Assembly (NCBI GenBank): GCA_035512495.1
Contig: DATKDW010000039.1
Coordinates: 10,753 to 74,752, forward strand
Source: Acidimicrobiales bacterium
GTDB lineage: Bacteria; Actinomycetota; Acidimicrobiia; Acidimicrobiales; CADCSY01
Length of the DNA: 64,000 nucleotides
Reading direction: 5' to 3'
Both the position numbers and the translations under genes were made by a program. The notes beneath the pieces are model-generated. The model was not told the origin of the DNA. It saw only the letters and a program-made list of their open reading frames with translations, and searched no databases. Positions 25,720 through 34,289 of the stretch are shown here, piece after piece; positions within the stretch are counted from its first letter, which is position 1; every line of letters starts with the position of its first letter.

Positions 25720-27273
25720 TCAGCCGCTCCGGAGCCGGCGCTGTTCGGCCGCCGCGTCCTGCACCGCCCTCGGGATGATCGGTGCGGCCCGGCCGGACCG
25801 GCTGACGCGCACGTCCTCGGGTCCCTCGGCGGCGCGTTCCTCGTGGTACTCCTCCTCGACGTTGACCGCCCAGATGTCGTGGCGGGCGCCGAGGATGTTC
25901 TCGACGGTGAGCATTGCCGTCATCATCGAGTGGTCCTGGTTGTTGTACCGGTGCATGCCATTGCGGCCGACGGGGTGCACGTTGGGAGCATGCTCGGCCA
26001 GCCAGGCCCGGAGGACGTCGACGTTGGCCCGGTAGTGCTCGTCGTAGGTCGGATAGGCCTTGGGCATGCGCACGACGTAGCCGGCCTCGACGCGGGCAGG
26101 ATCGACGAGCCCGAGTGTGGCGAGCTCGCGGGCGCCGAGGGCGATGAGATCGTCGTCGGCCATGGTCCAGAGGTGGTCGCCCTCGAACACGAAGTACTCC
26201 AGTCCGAGGCAGGTCCGACCCTCCTTCACCAGGTAGGGCGACCAGGAGCCGAAGTTCTGGATGCGGCCCAGGTGGACGTCGGCGGAGTGGACGTAGATCC
26301 AGTTGTCCGGGAAGCCGGCTTCCTCCGGCACCACCAGCGCCACGGTGAGGAAGTCGCGGAACTTGAGGTCATCGGCGGCCGCCCGCACGGCGTCGGGCAC
26401 CGGTGGGTCCATGGCCCGGATCAGCGACGGGAGAGGCATCGACGAGACGACGTCGGTGCAGGGGTGGGCGGACTCCACGCCGTCTCGCACCCACACCACC
26501 TCGACGGCCCGGCCGCCATCGTGGCGGACCTTGGTGACCCGGGCCTCCATGACGACGTCGGAGCCCGCCTCTACGACCAGGTCGCGGCAGCGCTCCCACA
26601 TCATGCCGGGACCGTACTTGGGGTACTGGAACTCCTCGATCAGCGAGGCGATGTCCTTCTGGTTGCGCTTCGGCAGGAGCGCGTTGAGCACGGCGGTGAA
26701 GAGCGAGAGGTTCTTGATCCGCTGGGCCGCCCAGTCGGCCTGGATCTCAGTGGCGGGCACGCCCCAGACCTTCTCGGTGTAGGTCTTGAAGAACGTGCGG
26801 TACAGGCGGGCACCGAAGCGGGCCGAGACCCAGCCCTCGAAGTTCGACTGGTCCTTCGGTGGCCGGACGCGCGCCCAGACGTACGAGAGGACACAGAGGA
26901 CGGCCTCGACGACGCCGAGGTTCCTCAGGGCGTTGCCGGCCTTCAGGGGGTAGTCGTAGAACTTGCCTCCGTAGAAGATGCGGCTCATGCGCGGCCGCAT
27001 GAGGAAGTCCTCGTCGGGGAGGATCTCGTGCCAGAGCGCCTCCACCTCTCGGACCTTGGTGAAGAACCGGTGACCGCCGATGTCGAAGCGCCAGCCGTCG
27101 CGCTCCGCCGTCTGACTGATGCCGCCGACGACGTCGGTCGACTCGAGGACCGTCGACCGCTCACCAGCCTTCGCCAGCTGGTAGGCGGCGGTCAGGCCGG
27201 CGGGGCCGGCGCCGATGATGACGACCTCGTGGGGGTCGGGAGCGGGGTGCGTGTCGCCTTGCGGCGGGGCCAT
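25720..27273 (-). CDS. NAD(P)/FAD-dependent oxidoreductase (amine-oxidase / UDP-galactopyranose-mutase-like fold)
   Basis: ATG 27273 gives MAPPQGDTHPAPDPHEVVIIGAGPAGLTAAYQLAKAGERSTVLESTDVVGG (dinucleotide fold). GGHRFF and GRNGMHRYNNQDHSM follow later. The upstream track extension is shadow. Confidence 0.85.
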   Translation of the reverse strand: MAPPQGDTHPAPDPHEVVIIGAGPAGLTAAYQLAKAGERSTVLESTDVVGGISQTAERDGWRFDIGGHRFFTKVREVEALWHEILPDEDFLMRPRMSRIFYGGKFYDYPLKAGNALRNLGVVEAVLCVLSYVWARVRPPKDQSNFEGWVSARFGARLYRTFFKTYTEKVWGVPATEIQADWAAQRIKNLSLFTAVLNALLPKRNQKDIASLIEEFQYPKYGPGMMWERCRDLVVEAGSDVVMEARVTKVRHDGGRAVEVVWVRDGVESAHPCTDVVSSMPLPSLIRAMDPPVPDAVRAAADDLKFRDFLTVALVVPEEAGFPDNWIYVHSADVHLGRIQNFGSWSPYLVKEGRTCLGLEYFVFEGDHLWTMADDDLIALGARELATLGLVDPARVEAGYVVRMPKAYPTYDEHYRANVDVLRAWLAEHAPNVHPVGRNGMHRYNNQDHSMMTAMLTVENILGARHDIWAVNVEEEYHEERAAEGPEDVRVSRSGRAAPIIPRAVQDAAAEQRRLRSG

Positions 27274-27394
27274 GGGTACTCGCAGACTCGTCGGTGGAGC
27301 ACGAACGGTGCTGACCCTACCGTCGAGCCGCGACGGCCATGCACATCGTGGCGGACCCCAATGAGCCCGCCGGGCAGGACTACCGTGGCGCCCC

Positions 27395-28924
27395 GTGCCC
27401 TCCAGCCGCGCCGACGCCGGACCCCCGCCGGTGCTCGTCGTCGCCCTCGTCCTCGCCGTGGTGGCGGGGGTCGTCCTCCGGGCGTGGAGCCGGTCGGACC
27501 TCTGGCTCGACGAGGCGCTGACGGTCAACATCGCCAGCCTGCCGGTCGGCGAGATGGTCGATGCCCTGGAGCGCGACGGGCATCCTCCGCTCTACTACCT
27601 GCTCCTGCACGGCTGGATGCGGCTCGTCGGCTCGGGTGACCTCGCCGTCCGGACCCTCTCGGGACTCCTCGGTGTCGTCGCCCTGCCGCTGATGGCGCTC
27701 GTCGGCCGGCGCCACGGAGGAGCGCCCGTGGCTGTTGCCGCCCTCGTCATCCTGACGACCTCGCCGTTCGCCGTGCGGTACGCCACCGAGGTGCGGATGT
27801 ACGCCCTGGTGATCGTGCTCGTGCTGCTCGGCTGGCTGGCGCTGCGGCAGGCCCGGTCGGCGCCCAGCGCGCCCTGGCTGGTCGCCGTCGCGGCGGTCAG
27901 CGGCCTCCTCCTGCTGACCCACTACTGGGCCTTCTTCCTCCTCGCCGCCGTCGGCGGAGCCCTGGCGTGGGAGGCGTGGCGGGTCGGCCCGGGTGACCTC
28001 CGCCGGACCGCGACGAGGCTGGCGGTCGGTGTCGCCGCCGGTGGGATCCTCTTCCTGCCGTGGTTGCCGTCGTTCCTGGTCCAGGCGGGCAGCACCGGGA
28101 CCCCGTGGGGCAGGCCGGAGCGACCGGCCACGGTGCTCATGGTGACCCTCCGGGACTTCGGTGGCGGAGCCAACGCCGAGGCCGAGCTGCTGGGCTTCCT
28201 CCTCCTCGCCCTCGTGGCCATCGGACTCCTCGGACGAGCGGTGGGCAGCAGTCGCGTCGAGCTCGACCTGAGGACCCGACCGGGTGTGCGTCCGGAGGCG
28301 GTCGTCGTCGGCGCGACCCTGGGCATCGGAGTGGTCGCCGGCTACGTCTTCGACAGCGCCTTCGCCAGCCGGTACGCCGCGATCATCTTGCCCCTGGTGG
28401 TGCTGATGGCGGCCGTGGGGGTCGTGCAGCTCCCTCGTGCATCGGTGCAAGCCGGTGTCCTAGCGGTCCTCGCGGTCCTCGGCCTCCTCGGCGGGGCGCG
28501 CAACCTCGTCACCCAACGGACCCAGGCCGGCCAGGTCGCTTCGGCCGTCACCGCGACGGCCTCGTCGGGCGACGTCGTGGCCTACTGCCCAGACCAGCTC
28601 GGTCCGGCGGTGAGCCGACTCCTGCCCGACGACCTCCGCCAGCTGGCGCTCGCCGACGACGTGGCCCCCCACTTCGTGGACTGGGTCGACTACGCCGACC
28701 GCATGGCGGAGGCCGACACCGCAGCGTTCGCCGCCGAGGTCGACGAGCTCGCCGGTGACCGGACCGTGTGGCTGGTGTGGTCTGGGGGCTACCGCACGCT
28801 CGAGGGAACCTGTGAGGCGCTTACCAACGACCTCGCCGTCCTCCGACCCGACCGCACCGTGATGGTGGAATCGGGCGAGCAGTTCGAGCACGCGTGGCTC
28901 TTCCGGTTCGGGCCGACTGGGTGA
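27395..28924 (+). CDS. GT-C glycosyltransferase, family 39/PMT_2-like
   Basis: First loop LWLDEALTVNIA...DGHPPLYYLLLHGW, many TM helices and a soluble C-terminal domain. GTG 27395. Confidence 0.8.
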   Translation: MPSSRADAGPPPVLVVALVLAVVAGVVLRAWSRSDLWLDEALTVNIASLPVGEMVDALERDGHPPLYYLLLHGWMRLVGSGDLAVRTLSGLLGVVALPLMALVGRRHGGAPVAVAALVILTTSPFAVRYATEVRMYALVIVLVLLGWLALRQARSAPSAPWLVAVAAVSGLLLLTHYWAFFLLAAVGGALAWEAWRVGPGDLRRTATRLAVGVAAGGILFLPWLPSFLVQAGSTGTPWGRPERPATVLMVTLRDFGGGANAEAELLGFLLLALVAIGLLGRAVGSSRVELDLRTRPGVRPEAVVVGATLGIGVVAGYVFDSAFASRYAAIILPLVVLMAAVGVVQLPRASVQAGVLAVLAVLGLLGGARNLVTQRTQAGQVASAVTATASSGDVVAYCPDQLGPAVSRLLPDDLRQLALADDVAPHFVDWVDYADRMAEADTAAFAAEVDELAGDRTVWLVWSGGYRTLEGTCEALTNDLAVLRPDRTVMVESGEQFEHAWLFRFGPTG

Positions 28925-30039
28925 GGGAGCTGGCGGGGAAGCTGCCGAGGGACCTCCGGGCGGCCCTGCCGGCCTGGGCCCTCGCCCGCGTCGCCGTCGC
29001 GCTCGGCGCCCTCGTGGCGATCGTCGTCTCCGACGAGCTCTTGGCAGGGGTACGACCCCTCCAGCTGGAGCAGGGGCTCTTCGCATGGGATGCGGCGTTC
29101 TACCGAGACATCGCCGACCACGGCTACGAGGGCGTGGCCCGGGAGGCACTCCGGTTCTTCCCTCTCGTCCCCCTCCTGGCCGCCCTGCTGGCGGTCCCCC
29201 TCCTGGGCAATGTGGGTGTCGCGCTCATCCTCGTCGCCAACATGGCGGCGCTCGCTGCAGGGGCGCTGCTGCACCGGCTCGCCCGGACCGAGACCGGTGA
29301 CACCGACCTCGCGGGTCGCGCCGCCTGGCACCTCGCGCTGCTACCGCCGGCGCTGGTGCTCGTGCTCGGCTACGCCGAGTCGGTGATGCTGGCGCTCAGC
29401 ATTGCCACGTTCCTCGCGCTGCGCCGCCAGCGCTGGTGGAGCGCAGCGATCTTCGGGTTCCTGAGCGCCCTCAGCCGGCCCCTCGGCGCCGCCCTCGCCC
29501 TGCCGGCGGCCATCGAGGGAGCCCGCGGCCTCCGCGAGGCGACCCCGGGAGAGCGGGTGGCGCGCCTCGGCGCCGTGGTCGGCCCGGTGGCCGGGCTCTT
29601 CTCGTACCTGGTCTGGGTGCAAGTCCGCTTCGGCGACTGGCGCTTCCCCGTCGAGCTCCACGCGTCGGAGGAGCTCCGAGGCGGCTTCGTGAACCCGGTG
29701 GTGCGCATCTTCCAGTCCGGGGCCGCCCTGCTCGGGGACGGCACCTTCGGCGATGGGCTCCACCTGCCCTGGATCGTGCTGTTCCTCGGCCTGCTCGTGG
29801 TGTGCTTCCGAACCCTGCCGGTGTCCTATGGCGCCTATGCGGCCGTGCTGCTGGCGGCGGCGCTCTCGGCCGAGAGCCTCGGGTCCTTCGAGCGCTACGG
29901 CCTGGCGGCGTTCCCCCTGGTGCTCGGCCTAGCCATCGTGACGCGCCCCGCCTGGCTCGACCGCCTCGCCGTCACCAGCGCCGCCGCCGGGCTGGTGGCG
30001 TTCACCACGATGGCTCTGCTCGGTACCTTCGTCCCATGA
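28921..30039 (+). CDS. PIG-V-like mannosyltransferase (GT-C) candidate
   Basis: WDAAFYRDIADHGY matches the PIG-V/GT76 loop motif, and the protein is polytopic. GTG 28921 overlaps the previous stop (GTGA). An alternative GTG lies at 28894. Confidence 0.7.
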   Translation: MRELAGKLPRDLRAALPAWALARVAVALGALVAIVVSDELLAGVRPLQLEQGLFAWDAAFYRDIADHGYEGVAREALRFFPLVPLLAALLAVPLLGNVGVALILVANMAALAAGALLHRLARTETGDTDLAGRAAWHLALLPPALVLVLGYAESVMLALSIATFLALRRQRWWSAAIFGFLSALSRPLGAALALPAAIEGARGLREATPGERVARLGAVVGPVAGLFSYLVWVQVRFGDWRFPVELHASEELRGGFVNPVVRIFQSGAALLGDGTFGDGLHLPWIVLFLGLLVVCFRTLPVSYGAYAAVLLAAALSAESLGSFERYGLAAFPLVLGLAIVTRPAWLDRLAVTSAAAGLVAFTTMALLGTFVP

Positions 30040-30683
30040 AGGCTGGCACGCAGGCAGCGGACCTGGCGCTGGCGGACGCGGCGATCAGCCGGGCCGATCC
30101 GGCCTTCGCCGCCATCGTCTCTCGAGCCGGCCCCTGCACGATGAGCTGGCGACGGGGCGGGCGACGGACCCACTTCGAGAGCTTGGCGTCGTCGATCGTC
30201 CACCAACAGCTCGCGGGCGGTGCCGCCGCTGCCATCTGGGCGCGCACGGTCGCCCTCGTGCCTGGACGCTTCGCGCCGGAGGCGGTCCTCTCCCTCGACG
30301 AGGACGCCCTGCGCGGCGCCGGGCTCTCGGGCGCCAAGGCCCGGGCCATCCTCGACCTCGCGGCTCGGGTCGTGTCGGGGGAGCTCCGCCTCGCCCGGAT
30401 CGGCGCGCTGTCCGACGACGCCGTGGTGGGGGAGCTGTCCCAGGTGTGGGGGGTGGGGCGGTGGACGGCCGAGATGTTCCTCATCTTCCAGCTCGGTCGC
30501 CTCGACGTCTGGCCGACGGGCGACCTCGCGGTCCGCAACGGCTACGCCCGGCTGCACGGCCTGGGATCGGTGCCCTCGCCCGACGAGCTGGAGGCGAGGG
30601 GCGAGGCGTACCGGCCATGGCGATCGGTCGCCGCCTGGTACTGCTGGCGGGCCATCGAGCTCCGGCCCGAGGGCGGCCGGTGA
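30036..30683 (+). CDS. alkA: DNA-3-methyladenine glycosylase II (HhH-GPD)
   Basis: ATG 30036 overlaps the upstream stop (ATGA). Motifs: LASSIVHQQLAGGAAAAIW, GLSGAKARAILDLA, VWGVGRWTAEMFLIF and WPTGDLAVRNGY with the catalytic Asp. Confidence 0.85.
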   Translation: MKAGTQAADLALADAAISRADPAFAAIVSRAGPCTMSWRRGGRRTHFESLASSIVHQQLAGGAAAAIWARTVALVPGRFAPEAVLSLDEDALRGAGLSGAKARAILDLAARVVSGELRLARIGALSDDAVVGELSQVWGVGRWTAEMFLIFQLGRLDVWPTGDLAVRNGYARLHGLGSVPSPDELEARGEAYRPWRSVAAWYCWRAIELRPEGGR

Positions 30684-30714
30684 CGGTGGCGCCGGGATCG
30701 GGCACGGTGGACCC

Positions 30715-31200
30715 GTGAGCACGCAGCGTTCGTTGGCGGTCATCGACATCGACGGCGTGGTGGCCGATGTGCGCCATCGCCTGCACCACATCGAGCACCG
30801 ACCCAAGGACTGGGACGGGTTCTTCGCCGCCGCCCGCCACGACCCACCCCACCCGGAAGGCCTGGCGGTGGTGGCGCGCCTCGCCGAGGATCACGACATC
30901 GTCTTCCTGACGGGCCGTCCCGAGCGGTACCGGGCGGACACGGAGGCGTGGCTGGCGGCCCACGGCATCGGGGGCCGCCCGCTGCACATGCGCCCGTCCG
31001 GCACGTTCCGCCCGGCGGCCGAGGTGAAGGTGGAGGTGCTGGCACGGGTGGCTGCGGGGCGGGAGGTGGCGGTGGTGGTCGACGACGACCCAGCGGTGCT
31101 GGCCGCGATGGCCGCTGCCGGCCACCCGACCTTTGCCGCCGACTGGGCCGACCGCAGCGCTGTGCTCCACGTGGCCCAGGAGGTCGAGGGACGGTCGTGA
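30715..31200 (+). CDS. HAD-superfamily phosphatase-like protein
   Basis: GTG 30715. AVIDIDGVVADV (DxDG nucleophile motif), FLTGRPE and VVDDDP. Confidence 0.65.
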   Translation: MSTQRSLAVIDIDGVVADVRHRLHHIEHRPKDWDGFFAAARHDPPHPEGLAVVARLAEDHDIVFLTGRPERYRADTEAWLAAHGIGGRPLHMRPSGTFRPAAEVKVEVLARVAAGREVAVVVDDDPAVLAAMAAAGHPTFAADWADRSAVLHVAQEVEGRS

Positions 31201-31237
31201 GCGTTGCCCTCTACCTGCCTGTCGGTAGGATAGGGAG

Positions 31238-32179
31238 ATGCGCACCGACGCCGAGATCCTCAACGAGCTCGCTCCCATCGCCGAGGAGCTGTTCGAGCGC
31301 CACCTCACGAACGCCAAGGAGTGGTTCCCCCACGAGATGGTCCCGTGGAGCGAGGGACGCGACTTCGAGGCCGGCGAGGAGTGGTCGCCGGACGAGGCGC
31401 CGATGGACGAGGCCGTTCGCAGCTCGCTGTTCGTCAACCTCCTGACCGAGGACAACCTCCCGCACTACTTCCGGACCATCAACAACCTCTTCGGTGGCGA
31501 CGAGGTGTGGGGTGCCTGGTCGAAGCGCTGGACGGCCGAGGAGGGCCGCCACGCCATCGTGATCCGCGACTACCTCACCGTCACGAGGGGCGTCGACCCG
31601 GTGTCCCTCGAGCGCGGTCGGATGAGCCAGATCAGCGGCGGGCAGGTCCCCGAGCCGCCGACCGTGGCCGACGGGTTCGTCTACGTCACGCTCCAGGAGC
31701 TGGCCACCCGGATCGCCCACGGGAACACCGGGCGGCGGATGGAGGACAAGCGGGGTCAGAAGATCATGGCCAGGGTGGCAGGCGACGAGAACCTGCACCA
31801 CGTCTTCTACCGCGACATCACCTCGACCATGATCGAGTTCGACCCCTCCCTCGTGGTGCTGGCGATCGACCGCAACGTGCGCGAGTTCTCCATGCCCGGG
31901 ACCGGCATCCCCAACTTCGCCAACCACGCCAAGGCCATCGCCCAGGCCGGCATCTACGACTTCGCCGCCCACCACGACCACATCCTCCAGCCGGTGGTCG
32001 TCAAGCACTGGGGCCTCGAGTCGATCCAGGGTCTCAGCCCCGAGGCCGAGGAGGCCCGCTCCTCGGTCCTGGCTCACATCGAGCGTGTGGGCAAGGCGGG
32101 CCGTCGCATGAACGAGCGCCGTGAGGCGAAGGCGGCCCGCGCTGCCGAGCGCGGCGACCTCAGCGTCGCCGCCCCGTAG
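31238..32179 (+). CDS. Acyl-ACP desaturase (soluble di-iron, DesA1/DesA2-like)
   Basis: LTEDNLPHY, WTAEEGRH, QELATRIAHGNT and GDENLHHVFY di-iron ligand motifs. A GGGAG RBS lies 4 nt before ATG 31238. Confidence 0.92.
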   Translation: MRTDAEILNELAPIAEELFERHLTNAKEWFPHEMVPWSEGRDFEAGEEWSPDEAPMDEAVRSSLFVNLLTEDNLPHYFRTINNLFGGDEVWGAWSKRWTAEEGRHAIVIRDYLTVTRGVDPVSLERGRMSQISGGQVPEPPTVADGFVYVTLQELATRIAHGNTGRRMEDKRGQKIMARVAGDENLHHVFYRDITSTMIEFDPSLVVLAIDRNVREFSMPGTGIPNFANHAKAIAQAGIYDFAAHHDHILQPVVVKHWGLESIQGLSPEAEEARSSVLAHIERVGKAGRRMNERREAKAARAAERGDLSVAAP

Positions 32180-33448
32180 TCAGCGGAGCACGACCACCGT
32201 GGTGCCGATGGGCGCCCAGTCGTAGAGGTAGGCGGCGTCCCGGTCAGCCTGCCGGACACATCCTGCGCTGCGGTAGCCGCCGAGGTCGTCCTCGCTCTGG
32301 AGCGGACGGCCCTCGGCGTCGCGGGGGATGGCGTGGAAGCCGATGGCCAGGCTGTCGCCCCACGCGAAGCGGACCATGTTCGCCATGGTGATGCCGTCGT
32401 GGCCGGCGTAGGCCGTACGCGACTTGGAGAACACGCTGTAGGTCCCGGCCGCGGGAACCCCGCGTCGCCCGGAGACGGCGTAGCTGCGGTCGACCTCGCC
32501 GTCGCCCGCCACCAACCAGATCTGCTGATCGCTGTTGGAGTAGATGACCCGGCGTCCGGAGCCCGACCCGGCGGGCACGGCCGGCCCGGTGTAGGCCGGA
32601 CGCCGAGGCGAGCGGAGCAGCCAGTAGGCGTCGGACCCGTTGCTGGCGATGGCGCTGACCGGTTCGGCGGTGCTCGAGGGAGCGGCACCGTGGAAGCGGG
32701 CCCGGTAGGTGAAGACACCCCCGTCGGCGGCCGCCAGCCGGTAGCCCCCCGGGGCAGCCGCGATGCCCACGATGGGCTGCGCCAGCGTGATGCCGCCCGC
32801 GGAGCCGTGGAAGGTCGCGCCGAAGGAGAAGACGCCGCCGTCGGCGGCGACGAGCCAGTAGCCGGTCGCCCCTGGGGCGTGGTCGGCCGCCATCCCCACC
32901 ACGGGGCTGTTGAGTCGCATGTCGCCTGTCGAACCGTGGAAGACGGCGTCGCCGAAGGCGAAGATCCCGCCGTCGGACGCCACCAACCAGTAGCCACGTC
33001 CGGTCGACGTCGACGCCATCCCCACGATCGGGCGGTTGAGGTGCATGGCGCCGGCGGAGCCATGGAACCGCGCACCACCGAAGGAGAAGACGCCGCCGTC
33101 GCCCGCCACCAGCCAGTAGCCGGTGCCGTCGGGCGTCGCAGCCATGCCGACGATCGGTGCGGCCAGGAGGTGCCCGCTTGCGGAGCCGTGGAACGGCGCC
33201 CCCCCATAGCTGTGGACCCCACCGTCGCTCGTGGCCACCCAGTACCGGCCCGCGCCCTGGGCGGCGATGCCCACCAGGCGGTGCTCCGGGCTGGCGTCTG
33301 GGGTGCCATGGTCGGACGCGCCTCCGAAGGCGTGCAGGCGATCGGGAGCCGCTGTCTCGGCGGCGGCCGGAACGGCGGTGACCAGGAGGGCCATGCAGGC
33401 GACGGCGAGGGCGGCGCCGAGCGGCCGGCGGGAGGAGAGCGTGTGCAC
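32180..33448 (-). CDS. Secreted L,D-transpeptidase (YkuD domain) with N-terminal five-to-six-fold repeat domain
   Basis: Signal peptide MHTLSSRRPLGAALAVACMALLVTAVPAAA. Repeats follow the pattern GYWLVAxDGGVFSFGxAxFHGS...PIVGMA. The C-terminal motif is GFHAIP...GYRSAGCVRQ (His...Ser-x-Gly-Cys-x-Arg catalytic motif). Confidence 0.88.
   Translation of the reverse strand: MHTLSSRRPLGAALAVACMALLVTAVPAAAETAAPDRLHAFGGASDHGTPDASPEHRLVGIAAQGAGRYWVATSDGGVHSYGGAPFHGSASGHLLAAPIVGMAATPDGTGYWLVAGDGGVFSFGGARFHGSAGAMHLNRPIVGMASTSTGRGYWLVASDGGIFAFGDAVFHGSTGDMRLNSPVVGMAADHAPGATGYWLVAADGGVFSFGATFHGSAGGITLAQPIVGIAAAPGGYRLAAADGGVFTYRARFHGAAPSSTAEPVSAIASNGSDAYWLLRSPRRPAYTGPAVPAGSGSGRRVIYSNSDQQIWLVAGDGEVDRSYAVSGRRGVPAAGTYSVFSKSRTAYAGHDGITMANMVRFAWGDSLAIGFHAIPRDAEGRPLQSEDDLGGYRSAGCVRQADRDAAYLYDWAPIGTTVVVLR
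32615..33337 (-). repeat. Intragenic tandem repeats of ~120 nt (~40 aa), 5-6 units
   Basis: Units: RYWVATSDGGVHSYGGAPFHGSASGHLLAAPIVGMAA / GYWLVAGDGGVFSFGGARFHGSAGAMHLNRPIVGMAS / GYWLVASDGGIFAFGDAVFHGSTGDMRLNSPVVGMAA / GYWLVAADGGVFSFGATFHGSAGGITLAQPIVGIAA / GYRLAAADGGVFTYRARFHGAA. Confidence 0.8.
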
Positions 33449-33491
33449 GGCTCAGCAGCATACGGCCGGCGGCCCGTGGCCCGATCCTTCG

Positions 33492-34187
33492 TCAGTGGCT
33501 GTCGAGGAGGCCGGCGCCACCGGAGCGGGACGCGAGGGCGGCGTCGACCACGGCGGTGAGCCGGGCGAAGACCTCCTCGGGCTCGCCGACGCCGTTGACC
33601 GACGTGAGGAGGCCCTGGCGGTCGAACCAGATCAGCAGCGGGCAGGACTCCTGCTCGTAGAGGGCCAGCCGACGCTTGATGGCCTCGTCCGTGTCGTCAG
33701 CACGTCGAGCGACCTCACCGTCGCATTCCGTGCAGGTGCGGCACTCGGGGCCGCCTGCTGGTGCGGAGGTCACGGCGCCGCAGCCCAGGCAGACGCGACG
33801 GGCGGCGAGGCGGGGCCGCACCACCTCGGTGGGCACGTAGAGCTCGATCGCCAGGTGGGCGGCATCGCGGCCGAGGACCTCGAAGAGGGCCTGACCCTGG
33901 GCCAGGGTCCGCGGGAAGCCGTCGAGCAGGTAGCCCGCGGCGCGGGCACGGGGGCTGCCGAGCGTGGTCGCCACCAGGTCGAGCACGAGGTCGTCGGGCA
34001 CCAGGCGACCCTCCTCGAGGTGGTCGGCGACCTCCTTGCCGAGGGGTGTCGCGGCCGCCACCTCGGCGCGCAGGAGGTCGCCCGTGGAGCGGTGGGGCAC
34101 GCCCAGGCGCTCGGCCAGCCGGACGCACTGCGTCCCCTTGCCGGCGCCCTGCCTGCCGAGGACGATCAGCCGTGCCCGTTCACCCAT
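33492..34187 (-). CDS. adk: Adenylate kinase (long form with Cys-rich lid)
   Basis: ATG 34187: MGERARLIVLGRQGAGKGTQCVRLAE (P-loop), YLLDGFPRT and lid CLGCG...CRTCTECDG...RADD. The track N-terminal extension is shadow. Confidence 0.9.
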   Translation of the reverse strand: MGERARLIVLGRQGAGKGTQCVRLAERLGVPHRSTGDLLRAEVAAATPLGKEVADHLEEGRLVPDDLVLDLVATTLGSPRARAAGYLLDGFPRTLAQGQALFEVLGRDAAHLAIELYVPTEVVRPRLAARRVCLGCGAVTSAPAGGPECRTCTECDGEVARRADDTDEAIKRRLALYEQESCPLLIWFDRQGLLTSVNGVGEPEEVFARLTAVVDAALASRSGGAGLLDSH

Positions 34188-34289
34188 CTGACGTCTCCCG
34201 CCCTCTCGTTGGGGGGAGCGTAATGTTTCTACGTCCGCGCTGCCTTCTGCCTGACGCCCAGCGGCCCCGTCCGGCATCCCGGGAGGACC

